Source: an uncultured virus (IMG/VR IMGVR_UViG_3300017912_003267)
Lineage: Duplodnaviria; Heunggongvirae; Uroviricota; Caudoviricetes
DNA: 64,000 nt
IMG/VR virus record: IMGVR_UViG_3300017912_003267
Reading direction: 5' to 3' (one strand)
Below are positions 54,901 through 63,833 of the stretch, in pieces (within the stretch, counting starts at the first letter, position 1; the number at the start of each line of letters is the position of its first letter). The position numbers and the translations under genes were made by a program. A model generated the notes under the pieces. The model saw only the letters and a list, made by a program, of their open reading frames with translations. It had not been told where the DNA came from and searched no databases.

Positions 54901-57900
54901 TGGTCTTGGTGGTCGTGCTGGTGGAGCTTATGTTAACACAGCTTATGGACAATTAATTGGTTCCAACATTTTAGCACAACGTGGTTCTGGTCCAGGTGAA
55001 CATGGTGCTGCTTATATTGAATATGATCTTCAAGACGTTGATCCTATTCTTATTGGTGACTATAGTCCAGTAGATGCTGATATTAATTCAACTGTCGAAT
55101 CAGTTGATTTTGTACAAGTTACTGATATTACAGGAACGATCAATGTAACCACTGTTGCTGGTGGTTGGTCAGTTAGGGTTTCTGTTGGAGAGTCTGCTGA
55201 TGGTGTTAACTTCCAGTGGCAACCATTTGCTAATAGTGCTAGTGTTACCAATAATCAATATGTGAGGTTGGAGGGAACCACTGGTTCTGATTATAATTAC
55301 CCATATACTGCCACTATTTTATTTAATACTACTGAAAAAACTTGGACAGTTAATACAGGAGCAGTGCCAGATGACACACCAAATGCGTTCTCTTTTGCCC
55401 CACTCTTCAATCAAGAAAAGAGTACGTTAGTTTTTAGTGAATTGACAGATCCCATTAGTGGTCTTTCAGTTCCTGCTGCGGTACAATTAGGATCTAATAC
55501 AGAATTAAATATTAATGGAACTAGTACATGGTATAGCTCTACTGATACTATCCCAGGAATTGTAAATGGCGATGTACTACAATTAAGACTAACCACGTCT
55601 GATCAATATAACACTGCTGTTTTTGGTACAATTACAGTTGGTAGTGGCGATGAAGTTACATGGACAGTTACTACGAGGAAAGAGGGATTAAATTTCCCAG
55701 AAGGATTTATTTTTCTACCCGCTACTGATATTGACTTAGAAACTCCAGTTACAAGTAATGTAGTCCAGATTGATAAAATTGATGAACCAATTGATTTTAT
55801 TGTAGAAGCACACCCAACAGATGATGAACCAGAAAATCCAGCTACTGCTGAGTTGCCGAGGATTTATTTGAATAGTGTATTACAACCCGAAGGTGTGACT
55901 CAAGTAACAGTCGAGGATGGTGATTTCATTGCTCTATACTATGTCACCAGTGATGTTATTGGTGAACCCCGTGTATTTAAAACTAAGACTGGTCTTTCTG
56001 ATTCTACTTTGGGATACTATGAAACCAATTGGCAAGTAACAAATGCTGGAACATTTGGTACTACACCTGATGAGTTTACATTTAATAATGTTGTGGTAGA
56101 TCCTGGAACATTTGGAGTTGCTTCTGAAGTTCCTACAATTTCTGGATTAAGTCCAAATTCTACTGTAGTTAATATATTTACGACTAACGGATTACAAGTT
56201 AGGAAAGGAACTAATGGTCAGCAACCATCAGGAAGTTTTGTTGAAGTACCTTTTGGTGGTACAACTGTGCTTTCGGTGAGAAATGGTGACAGAATTGAGG
56301 TAAGATTACAAGCGTCTATTATTCCTGGTTTGCCTAGAACTGGAGCAATTAGTGTTGGTGGTTATACTACAACATTTACTGTCTTAGCATCGGCAGAAGT
56401 TCAAGATCCTATTTTAGGTCAGTGGTATAGTTCTGTACAATCGATCATTTATCAAGAAATTTCTGGCAATCAAGAACAAATTAGATTTAATCATAAGTTT
56501 GATGGTTTACCAATCGGTTCAATGATACCAGTTTTCCAAGATGCTACCGAAGATGATGGGTGGGGAATTTTAAATGGAAATATTAACTCCAGATTCCATG
56601 GTTGGTTATATTGTGATGGCGATACCTATAATCCAGAAGAATATCCACAACTATTTTCTGCTATTGGTTACACATATGGTGCCGTAGAGGTTCTTCCTGG
56701 TGTACAATATTTCAAAATTCCTGATATGAGGAATAGATATGTGAAGGGAGTTGGTCCTGTAGATGGTACACAGTTGTCATCTCCTTCTTTATCACCTACT
56801 TTTGGACCAAATAAAGCACCTGGAAATGTAGGTAATGATACTCCTGGAGCATCAGGTGGTTCGTGGTTCGTTGATACGATTGCTGACCCTGGAACAGCTG
56901 AATTAGAACAAATTGAAACACCACCTATAGGATTAGAACCAACAGAATCTCAATTTTTCGGTATTGCTCAAATTCAGACAAATGGATACACTAATGTTTC
57001 TGGTATTGTTGAATTCTCAACTGAAGGACAGTGTGGAGTTACTGTTAGATTAGACGACGAACCATTATATGAAGTTCCTTCTCACACTCATAATGTTATT
57101 ATGGGTCAAGCAGACCCAGGTAACTTCAAAGGTGCTATTTATTGGGGACAAGAAGGTGGTCGTCGTTCTTCTATTAATACTGACGCTTTAATTGGTGAAC
57201 AACAAAATGGTCCATATGAAGCATCTGCTTCAGCAATTGTAAACATGTGGGGATATCCAACAGGAGATACTGTCGATGTCTCAGATGATAATCTTCCCGA
57301 TTCTGTTAAATGCCCAGGTGATAGTGTTTGGTGGGATGGAAGTGTAACTGATTGGACGAATTCTTCTGGATGGATAGGAGTCAATAATATTGGTAGCCAT
57401 GGCCAGCAAACCTTTACTTTTGGACAACTTGCTGGTGGTCCTCTTAATGAAATCCGTCAGTTTATAAATGTAGATGGTGTCATGGGAAATAACGATCAAG
57501 GTGATGTAGGCAACAATAATGCTTGGAGGCAACTCGCCGCCATTGATATTCCACGAAAACAAACTTTCTTTAGGCAGTATACTCCTACTACTAGGATGGA
57601 TCATACACATTATCTTTCTAATGTTCAAATTGAGCAAAATACGAATTTGGGTCCTATATATGCTTTTGGTAATGTTGTTGGTGGTGGTACTAAGAACCAA
57701 TCTCTTCTAACATTTGAACAGCTTCTTCCTGATGATGTTAATTTAGATACTAATGTTGACCTAACTTACTCTGCTTCTGAGATAGGTATTACTGTGCTTC
57801 CAGGAACTTTCACATTACAGGCAACTAAACAGATTATTCCCACACCTTCATTACAAGCGAGAGATAAGGTCGCTGTTATGTCACCTTATACGTGGGTTAA

Positions 57901-57922
57901 ATGGGTAATCAAAGCTTTCTAA
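51926..57922 (+). CDS. Large fibre protein (1998 aa) with C-terminal tail collar domain
   Basis: V.NGD beta repeats, Gly-rich block, LPIGSMIP...GWLYCDG...YPQLFSAIGYTYG...FKIPDMR; ends WVIKAF. Confidence 0.82.
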   Translation: MPFSTDPVYVGNGDTIQIRYPTPSTWNTSVTVDIQIGTGFDEEGGDGDGVTFSTKIPNVNVTQFSFNDQQGYAEQATISNGNVSVGSTLTTFLPSTRYYSNVVELDGFEIPLDAAVSATSNGPLGNNANTTARFRILRDGSFGNWKTSISADLDDLSTGVQPGDKIQLRVDVPASYVTTQAVTFTVSDTNIPGKTWPDDTEVTDTWHFTSRAQDQQPSAFSFQDRVDEVPYNVATENRSTGIQYYYKYVDIETRPIASSDTTGIDYDAVLRCRTTNNLQVYLDQGSTVEQADLPSSGWTTNTGNTVVAGDRLWFRLPVGTGFTNKRTGSVTLDSVGGATYSRGGNNYENVSAGTFGTGDYAVTQSLGTFTNDWQIWTEVDRYPNAIDTATNASQVYTYGVKFDISSAGTGYVLNQEYTTTTLTGSGSGLKLKLVAGGQVNDAPSFIQGSTIKDNIQVTDPGYGYSVGDQIRVNGGSVNVTLTFAEYQKVYVTSDGSFSATTEPGFMYFTDFNVNGLGTEYPSGTYSDLTNGANGLITTVAQAQAYANALNGDTVRLEAQCVGGNGLIRKNNTGDWVNVVSVENGDVINFKMPSDNNYNGVNTATVELLGPPQPPPDQNLPTGGPSPSYDNKDVTITLTTRGVRQLPFPFHATPVFLSNPLQQHTAEVKITGIDIGQQVTVRRIGTTVGGVSTSPSGPFLASTTFALNQIYDESILYVRTEASEVSGGVTEFQYQFVADDGSVMNDVFRVYTREFSEEQGNAPNYSVSGGSVGYSNVFIPSYAQSGFYVTLVGAGGGNGGCDAPVSVGGGGQSGELIKVRLSLTDDDWVTTSGSGAVNRIIRVYAGSKGEDGVDFTSGGAGGAGGTGFLEGGDGGQAGPGTAAEPGDRSGGGGGGGGATGVTLEDGTVLAWAGGGGGGAGAGNDTLPPEDDEHGNGTGSLIQSGVQSNFSFNGENGANNTTVGGGGGGAGGGFIGGGGGLKTTPDQFGNTDMDGLGGRAGGAYVNTAYGQLIGSNILAQRGSGPGEHGAAYIEYDLQDVDPILIGDYSPVDADINSTVESVDFVQVTDITGTINVTTVAGGWSVRVSVGESADGVNFQWQPFANSASVTNNQYVRLEGTTGSDYNYPYTATILFNTTEKTWTVNTGAVPDDTPNAFSFAPLFNQEKSTLVFSELTDPISGLSVPAAVQLGSNTELNINGTSTWYSSTDTIPGIVNGDVLQLRLTTSDQYNTAVFGTITVGSGDEVTWTVTTRKEGLNFPEGFIFLPATDIDLETPVTSNVVQIDKIDEPIDFIVEAHPTDDEPENPATAELPRIYLNSVLQPEGVTQVTVEDGDFIALYYVTSDVIGEPRVFKTKTGLSDSTLGYYETNWQVTNAGTFGTTPDEFTFNNVVVDPGTFGVASEVPTISGLSPNSTVVNIFTTNGLQVRKGTNGQQPSGSFVEVPFGGTTVLSVRNGDRIEVRLQASIIPGLPRTGAISVGGYTTTFTVLASAEVQDPILGQWYSSVQSIIYQEISGNQEQIRFNHKFDGLPIGSMIPVFQDATEDDGWGILNGNINSRFHGWLYCDGDTYNPEEYPQLFSAIGYTYGAVEVLPGVQYFKIPDMRNRYVKGVGPVDGTQLSSPSLSPTFGPNKAPGNVGNDTPGASGGSWFVDTIADPGTAELEQIETPPIGLEPTESQFFGIAQIQTNGYTNVSGIVEFSTEGQCGVTVRLDDEPLYEVPSHTHNVIMGQADPGNFKGAIYWGQEGGRRSSINTDALIGEQQNGPYEASASAIVNMWGYPTGDTVDVSDDNLPDSVKCPGDSVWWDGSVTDWTNSSGWIGVNNIGSHGQQTFTFGQLAGGPLNEIRQFINVDGVMGNNDQGDVGNNNAWRQLAAIDIPRKQTFFRQYTPTTRMDHTHYLSNVQIEQNTNLGPIYAFGNVVGGGTKNQSLLTFEQLLPDDVNLDTNVDLTYSASEIGITVLPGTFTLQATKQIIPTPSLQARDKVAVMSPYTWVKWVIKAF

Positions 57923-57948
57923 ATAATATATAAACAGGCGATGTAGAG

Positions 57949-58881
57949 ATGGCATTCAATCCAGACAATTTTCAATTTGAGAGAATTCTACCACCAGAGC
58001 TTAATAAACCAATTTTGGAGTGGGACGCTCTACATAGATTCATTGTAGTTAGAGTGTTTGACGGGGATGAGTTTTCTTTTCACTCTACATTATTAAGTAG
58101 TCAAGTTAATAAAAATATTCATGATGGGATGCCAGATGAATGGTCTCATGAAAATGATAGAATTGTTAGTTTTTCGATTTACGAAGATGGTGATTATTTA
58201 CTAGAGAAAGAAAAAATTAAATTTGATTTTTCTACTAAAAAGACGAAAAGAGTAAGATACAAGTATACTGATTTAGAAGAAACACAGGCAATAGAAATCT
58301 TCAACGTACTAAAGGCAGCAATTCAAGTCGCCACTATTCAAGAAAAAATTGATAGATCAAAAGCTGTTATAGATCTAGCATCTAGACAATCATTTTTAAC
58401 ACAATTGGATAGTGAAAGACAAGATCAAATCAATACTTTGATGACATCATCTGACTGGACACAGTTAGCTGATGCTACAGAAAGTTTTACTGGTGAAATT
58501 GCTCTCTGGACATCATATAGAGCATATTTGAGAAATAATAATCAAACGGTGGATACATTTGATGATCCATTAGATTTCTTGCTATATGAAGAAGATTTTA
58601 AATGGCCTATTGATCCTATAGAATATCATCGTACAGATCCAAGTCACGACGTTGAATATCTATCAGTGCCAGAACATTTCACGAACTCTCCTCATTCAGC
58701 TGGTGTACGTTCTTCTGAACAATTAAATGGAGCATTGAATGAAGCGGCGATAACTGAGAAGATGATCGCTAGAAATGGTGGCATTCCTATTAGCACTGAG
58801 ATCTGGAATAAAGTACAACAGTACAATTTAAATAGAGACATCGCTAATGTAGATCTAGATCATTTAAACGTAGGAGGTTGA
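57949..58881 (+). CDS. Tail fibre assembly chaperone-like protein
   Basis: SSDWTQLAD...W.SYRAYLR...WP motif; CTAAATA at about 57919. Confidence 0.7.
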   Translation: MAFNPDNFQFERILPPELNKPILEWDALHRFIVVRVFDGDEFSFHSTLLSSQVNKNIHDGMPDEWSHENDRIVSFSIYEDGDYLLEKEKIKFDFSTKKTKRVRYKYTDLEETQAIEIFNVLKAAIQVATIQEKIDRSKAVIDLASRQSFLTQLDSERQDQINTLMTSSDWTQLADATESFTGEIALWTSYRAYLRNNNQTVDTFDDPLDFLLYEEDFKWPIDPIEYHRTDPSHDVEYLSVPEHFTNSPHSAGVRSSEQLNGALNEAAITEKMIARNGGIPISTEIWNKVQQYNLNRDIANVDLDHLNVGG

Positions 58882-58882
58882 C

Positions 58883-59269
58883 ATGTCATACATTGGATCT
58901 AAAAACTTTAAAGATTGGGCGAAAAGTTATACGGAGGCAGTTGATAATGCTCTAGTTCTATTGAGAACTGTAGGACCAGATAATGTAACTGATGATGTAA
59001 AAGCAAATAAGATTTACTCGGCATATTATTTGAATATGCAAACAGAGCACCCAGGTATTTTTGATAAACTATTATATAATGAATTCACATTTGTAGAGTT
59101 TGATACAGAACAAGAAGCATTGGACTTTGTTATTGATAATTTTCCTAACACTGTAACAGATGATTTGGATTATTTTGTACAGTATGTGGTATTTTGTGGT
59201 GGAGCAGTAATCAGAACCAATAATGGTCTCACTGGTCTTGCTGAACCAGCTCCAGAACCACTTGAATAA
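58883..59269 (+). CDS. Hypothetical protein
   Basis: AGGAGG SD; 128 aa. Confidence 0.8.
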   Translation: MSYIGSKNFKDWAKSYTEAVDNALVLLRTVGPDNVTDDVKANKIYSAYYLNMQTEHPGIFDKLLYNEFTFVEFDTEQEALDFVIDNFPNTVTDDLDYFVQYVVFCGGAVIRTNNGLTGLAEPAPEPLE

Positions 59270-59310
59270 CTGGCACAGACCGCCCACCACGGGCGGTTTT
59301 CTGCTATAAT
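59257..59310 (+). promoter_or_regulatory. Putative early promoter
   Basis: ACCA-N10-TGGCAC then TGcTATAAT (59305-59310). Confidence 0.7.
59279..59300 (+). terminator. Hairpin terminator ending the late structural block
   Basis: ACCGCCC-ACCAC-GGGCGGT plus short T-run. Confidence 0.65.
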
Positions 59311-59335
59311 TACAGGGTAGTCAGCAAGGCAATCG

Positions 59336-60583
59336 ATGCTCACCCTTCGTCCTCACCAGCAGCGTGCTCTCACTGCTCTTGAGAACAACACTCACGGTCA
59401 AGTCATTGTTCCCACTGGTGGTGGCAAGACTATTATCATGATCAAGGATGCTCAGCGTCGTCTGACTGCTGCCACCACGCCACAGACTATTGTAGTGGTC
59501 GCCCCACGTATTCTGCTGGCAAACCAACTCTGTGATGAGTTCTGGTCTGCTTTCAATGGTGATGTCAATGCTGAGTTCTTCCATGTTCACAGTGGTGAGA
59601 CTTCTTTCGGTAGTAGCACTAAGGTTCAGAAGATTCAATGTCACGATGCTGTCTGTAAGACTGCTGGTATTCACCAAGTTATCTTCACCACCTACAATTC
59701 GCTCCGTCGTGTTGTAGAAGCAGGCATTGATATTGACTGTATCTATTACGATGAGGCACACAACTCTGTTCGTCGTGACTTCTTTGAATCTGTTCTTGAA
59801 GTTGATGCCAAGTCCTACTATTTCTTCACTGCTACTCCTAAGCACACTCGTTCTGCTTATGGTCGTGGCATGAACAACAGCATGGTTTACGGTCCTATTC
59901 TTGAGACTGTTCCTGCTCCCGAACTTGTCAACAACGGCAGCATTCTTGCTCCTGAGGTTGTCTCTTACGAGGTTGACTTCGAGCGAGTCAAGGGTAAGTT
60001 CTCTTACGAGTCTGACAAGGACACTCTCACCAATCTCATCAATGACATTGATGCTGATGGTAACAAGATCCTGGTTGCTGCTCCTAGCAGTAAGATCATG
60101 TTCAACCTGCTGTCTAAGACTAATATCCTTCAATACTTTCATGACAAAGGTTATGATGTGCTTCACATCACCAGCAAGTATGGTGCTTATGTGAACAAGA
60201 CTAAGGTCAACCGTGAGCAGTTCTTCGACACTTTCAATGCTTGGGGCAAAGATCCTAACCGTAAGTTTGTGATCTTCCACTACAGCATCCTGTCTGAAGG
60301 CATCAACGTCCACGGTCTAACACACTGTGTATTCCTTCGTCAACTGGATGTCATCCAAATGGCACAGACTGTCGGTCGTGTCATTCGTCTTAACAAAGAC
60401 GACGCTGCTGACATTGCTTGTGGTAAGATTATCCCAGGTAAGTTTGACATGTACCGTAAGTCTACTGGCAAGGTCATTGTTCCTGTCTTCAAGAACTACG
60501 GCACTCCCACTATCAAACGCCTTCAAAACCTTGTCGATACTATCTTCGTCAAGGGTCTCCCTGCTGTTTCTGTCACTGTCTGA
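59336..60583 (+). CDS. SF2 DEAH helicase/ATPase (restriction Res-subunit-like)
   Basis: LRPHQ, PTGGGKT, YDEAH, TATP, LSEGIN, QTVGRVIR. Confidence 0.92.
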   Translation: MLTLRPHQQRALTALENNTHGQVIVPTGGGKTIIMIKDAQRRLTAATTPQTIVVVAPRILLANQLCDEFWSAFNGDVNAEFFHVHSGETSFGSSTKVQKIQCHDAVCKTAGIHQVIFTTYNSLRRVVEAGIDIDCIYYDEAHNSVRRDFFESVLEVDAKSYYFFTATPKHTRSAYGRGMNNSMVYGPILETVPAPELVNNGSILAPEVVSYEVDFERVKGKFSYESDKDTLTNLINDIDADGNKILVAAPSSKIMFNLLSKTNILQYFHDKGYDVLHITSKYGAYVNKTKVNREQFFDTFNAWGKDPNRKFVIFHYSILSEGINVHGLTHCVFLRQLDVIQMAQTVGRVIRLNKDDAADIACGKIIPGKFDMYRKSTGKVIVPVFKNYGTPTIKRLQNLVDTIFVKGLPAVSVTV

Positions 60584-60585
60584 TT

Positions 60586-61554
60586 ATGAAATCCACTCGT
60601 ATCACTGGTCACCAAATTCTTACTTGGGAACAGGTACAGGGTCTCCTGGCAAATGAGGAGACCTTGCTAACTGGAGGTGCTGCTATTCGTGAGAAAGCAT
60701 ACACTGTGGACACTACTTGGGCAGCAGCAGAAGAGTATTATTACGCTCACAGCACTGCTGACCGTGCCCAAATTCGTAAGACTGGACAGCAGAATCAGAT
60801 CGGTTGGTGGGATCCTGCTACCCAGACTCACACAGACAATCCTACCCATGCCCGTGGCATCTTGGTCTGTCAAATGTACCTGAACCAGGATCGTAAGTGT
60901 GCTTACACTGGCACTGGTCCTTACAGCATTCTTGACTACCAAGTGGAGCACATTGAGCCCAATGGTGGTGATCATCCTGACAACATGCTGCTGGTAGTTT
61001 ACAACGTCAATGAAAACCGTAAGCAGTCCACCATGGATGGGTTCATTGCCCGCTGGCGCAAACGTGCTTCCAAAGGAATGGAAGAATACAACAAATGGTA
61101 CGATGATACCATGAAAGCATCTGCTAAGGGGCAGAAAGAGAAAGTTAAGATTCTCAGTATGGATGAGGAAGAACTTAAAACCTTTGCTCCCAACTGTGCC
61201 AAGAAGTACCACAAATATATGTGGAGAAACATTGGTATGTCATCTCTTCAACCTTTCCGTTTGACTAAGAAAGGTGTGGCACGTGCTGGTGGTAGTCAGG
61301 GCAACTACAAAGAGGTTCTGAACACTGTCCTACAAGAGTATTTGTATGGAGACAAGAATCTAGCAGCACAGATCTTCCACACTGTTCGCTCTGGTGCTGA
61401 CCGCTATGTTCGTGGATTCATTAACAACACGGATTATATTGAGATGATGTGTGTTGCCATTGAGTTGTCAAATCATGTGGCAGCAGAGTATAATAAGGAA
61501 AAGTTTACCGCTAAAGTCCTCCGTAACACCTATTCATGGCCCCATCTAAAGTAA
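60586..61554 (+). CDS. HNH endonuclease-domain protein
   Basis: YLNQDRKCAYTG...YQVEHIEP...DNMLLV...NENRK. Confidence 0.8.
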   Translation: MKSTRITGHQILTWEQVQGLLANEETLLTGGAAIREKAYTVDTTWAAAEEYYYAHSTADRAQIRKTGQQNQIGWWDPATQTHTDNPTHARGILVCQMYLNQDRKCAYTGTGPYSILDYQVEHIEPNGGDHPDNMLLVVYNVNENRKQSTMDGFIARWRKRASKGMEEYNKWYDDTMKASAKGQKEKVKILSMDEEELKTFAPNCAKKYHKYMWRNIGMSSLQPFRLTKKGVARAGGSQGNYKEVLNTVLQEYLYGDKNLAAQIFHTVRSGADRYVRGFINNTDYIEMMCVAIELSNHVAAEYNKEKFTAKVLRNTYSWPHLK

Positions 61555-62375
61555 CAAACCATTCTCTCTACCGATATGCTGGTGGGAAGAATCGTATGAA
61601 GAAGGATCTTATCAAGATTATTCGTGATGTCAACCCAGGCATCGAATATCTTGTGTCGCCCTTCTGGGGTGGTGGCAGCACTGAGATGCTGATCGCCAGT
61701 GAGGGAGTCAAGGTCCAAGGTTATGATGTCTTCCGCCCCCTGGCAGACTTCTGGGAGATTGTGTGTGGTGATGGTGGTGCTGCCATCCTTGCCGACATGG
61801 CGGAGCAGCACTATCCGCTAGTTGATAGTGATCACTACAAAACGTTCCTCCCAGGGTTAGATAGTGAGGATAAATGGGAGCGAGCACTGTCATTTTACAT
61901 TGCAATCAAGGGTTCGTACTCAGGTAAGATCGGATGTTCTACTGTTCGTAGTAGAGCAGAGTTCAGATTGGTGGGCATTGATAAACTTAGGAATTTTCAT
62001 GCTCCCAACGTGACGTTTTGCCATGGGTCGTGCTTCGATACGATCCCAGCACACGAAAATGACTTCTTATACCTGGACCCACCATATTATGAGACTGTGA
62101 GTCACTACTATGGCAAAGATGGTGCTCTCCACAAGTCATTTGATCATGAAAGGTTCTGTGAGACACTCAAACAGCACAAAGGTGGGTTTGTGATGTCCTA
62201 TGACAATAGTGATGCTGTCCGTGCTCTTTATGATGGGTGGACTGAGTTCAGGTATCTTACATTTCCATATCAAATGTCTGGTACTAAGCGATATGACAAG
62301 ACAGAACTAGTTATTGTTAAATATCCTGAAAAGGTAACACCTAGACAAAATATACTAGAGGCATTCATGGTATGA
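61536..62375 (+). CDS. DNA adenine methyltransferase (Dam/D12 class)
   Basis: RYAGGK, SPFWGGGS, YLDPPY, MSY, ELVI. Confidence 0.92.
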   Translation: MAPSKVTNHSLYRYAGGKNRMKKDLIKIIRDVNPGIEYLVSPFWGGGSTEMLIASEGVKVQGYDVFRPLADFWEIVCGDGGAAILADMAEQHYPLVDSDHYKTFLPGLDSEDKWERALSFYIAIKGSYSGKIGCSTVRSRAEFRLVGIDKLRNFHAPNVTFCHGSCFDTIPAHENDFLYLDPPYYETVSHYYGKDGALHKSFDHERFCETLKQHKGGFVMSYDNSDAVRALYDGWTEFRYLTFPYQMSGTKRYDKTELVIVKYPEKVTPRQNILEAFMV

Positions 62376-62611
62376 GCATATATTACTCTTTTCTTATCAC
62401 TATTTTTGGTGTTGTACTAGTGTTAATGTTGACTGATCCTAACATTGGTTATTGGATTGACTTACAGGCACAAAATGCTATAATACAACTGAAGCGACGA
62501 TACTATATCATCACATTAGGTGTAGTTGTCAAGTTTCAGACTTGGAGATTAAAACGAGAGATTGAAAAGATTAGAAGAGAGTACAATCTACCCGAGGATA
62601 ACAATGGATGA
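62372..62611 (+). CDS. Hypothetical membrane protein
   Basis: ATGA overlap; hydrophobic N-terminus. Confidence 0.7.
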   Translation: MSIYYSFLITIFGVVLVLMLTDPNIGYWIDLQAQNAIIQLKRRYYIITLGVVVKFQTWRLKREIEKIRREYNLPEDNNG

Positions 62612-62858
62612 ATATTCAAGACAACGTAAGGAAAGATTACAAGAAGCAATAGATGATTATCTCCTAGATGATGCTGTTCCTAGCAGACGAATCTATGAGG
62701 AGATGCTGTCTTGTATTGATGATACACTCTCATACTACGAGAAACAAGCAGATAGAATCAAGGATCTAAAAGATCTGATGATGGGTCACCGCTTGGTTGA
62801 CGATATGGAGGATCTAGCTGTAAAATGGCAGTATGATAAACTACCAGACCGATACTAA
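62604..62858 (+). CDS. Hypothetical protein
   Basis: GAGG SD before ATG 62604 (MDEYSRQRKERL). Confidence 0.7.
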   Translation: MDEYSRQRKERLQEAIDDYLLDDAVPSRRIYEEMLSCIDDTLSYYEKQADRIKDLKDLMMGHRLVDDMEDLAVKWQYDKLPDRY

Positions 62859-63022
62859 TGATACTTGAATTATCATCCAATCAAGTCAAGTTTCTTATGG
62901 ACTTAATGATGGGTTGTCCTCTTGGATTTACCAAAGATCATGCCATTGATAATAACATCTGTGATAGCTGTCTTTATAACTATTTGGAGCAACGTTATCG
63001 GGAGGAACTAGATGAGAGTTGA
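62858..63022 (+). CDS. Small hypothetical protein (54 aa)
   Basis: Translated by hand; TAATG coupling. Confidence 0.55.
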   Translation: MILELSSNQVKFLMDLMMGCPLGFTKDHAIDNNICDSCLYNYLEQRYREELDES

Positions 63023-63518
63023 ACGTAATGTGCTTGACATGGGACTATTCAATAAAGTGGTAGATCATGCTAAGCGGAACTTTGCTCAAAACAAACACAC
63101 ATATGAGGATAATCGTGATCTTTGGCAGGCAAACTTAGTACAAAACTTGTCGGGACCATGTTGGGTAACTGAAGTAGAAGAAACTTGGAGTGTTGTCCTT
63201 GAACAAAAACTCAGTAAGTATTTTCCTTCTTATAGCAAATTGAATATGATGTGGTATGTGTGGCAGAAGGGTTCTGGTATCAACTGGCACACCGATTTTC
63301 CTCACAAATTCACAGCTTCTTTATATCTTACCAGTAGTGTTCGTGAAGATGGGGGAACATTGATATGGCAAGATCATGATGATTATAGTATTCATGGATT
63401 CATGGCAAAGCAAAATTGTATGTCCATCAATGTGAAGAATGAGCATCACATGGTCACACCAGTGGGGCAATCTAAAGAGAAAGACCGATATACCATCCAG
63501 ATCTTTGGACAGTTCTAG
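63012..63518 (+). CDS. 2OG-Fe(II) oxygenase (prolyl hydroxylase-like)
   Basis: INWHTD, SLYL, GGTL, HMVTPV, RYTIQIF; GGAGG SD. Confidence 0.85.
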   Translation: MRVERNVLDMGLFNKVVDHAKRNFAQNKHTYEDNRDLWQANLVQNLSGPCWVTEVEETWSVVLEQKLSKYFPSYSKLNMMWYVWQKGSGINWHTDFPHKFTASLYLTSSVREDGGTLIWQDHDDYSIHGFMAKQNCMSINVKNEHHMVTPVGQSKEKDRYTIQIFGQF

Positions 63519-63562
63519 CAGTGTCCACTCTAGTGGCACAGGCACCCAGAACCATGTATATT
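63508..63562 (+). promoter_or_regulatory. Putative early promoter
   Basis: GACA-N10-TGTCCAC; TGGCAC-N17-TATATT. Confidence 0.65.
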
Positions 63563-63585
63563 AAAAGGGTCAAAGGAACACACCC

Positions 63586-63828
63586 ATGAGACTGCTCACT
63601 TCCGCCACACAAGTTGACTTCTATCCTGTTGCTGGTGGCAAGCGTTTCGTCAAGCGTGTCATCTGGCACCCCACTGAAGAGATCTCTCAGCAGATGACAT
63701 CTTTCACCACTCGTGTCAAGTCTGACGCTCTCTACGACATCCGTAACTACCTTGCCAACGGTGCTGAGGTTGTTGACTTCAACACTGAAGCATACACTGG
63801 TAAAGATTACTCTCCTGTCTACTGCTGA
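63586..63828 (+). CDS. Hypothetical early protein
   Basis: AAGGA SD, host-like codon use, downstream of an early promoter. Confidence 0.75.
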   Translation: MRLLTSATQVDFYPVAGGKRFVKRVIWHPTEEISQQMTSFTTRVKSDALYDIRNYLANGAEVVDFNTEAYTGKDYSPVYC

Positions 63829-63833
63829 TTATT

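Noticed and set aside
13600..57710. Many 60-150 aa alternative-frame and antisense ORFs within structural genes
   Set aside because: Fully overlap long well-supported genes, lack SD or motifs, and are expected from codon bias.
59321..60313. 330-aa ORF antisense to the helicase
   Set aside because: Shadow frame: the helicase almost lacks TTA/CTA/TCA codons, so the reverse strand has no stops. No motifs or SD.
60586..61554. Cas9/IscB or CRISPR system suggested by the Cas9-like HNH
   Set aside because: No RuvC motifs, no repeat-spacer array and no adjacent non-coding space for a guide RNA.
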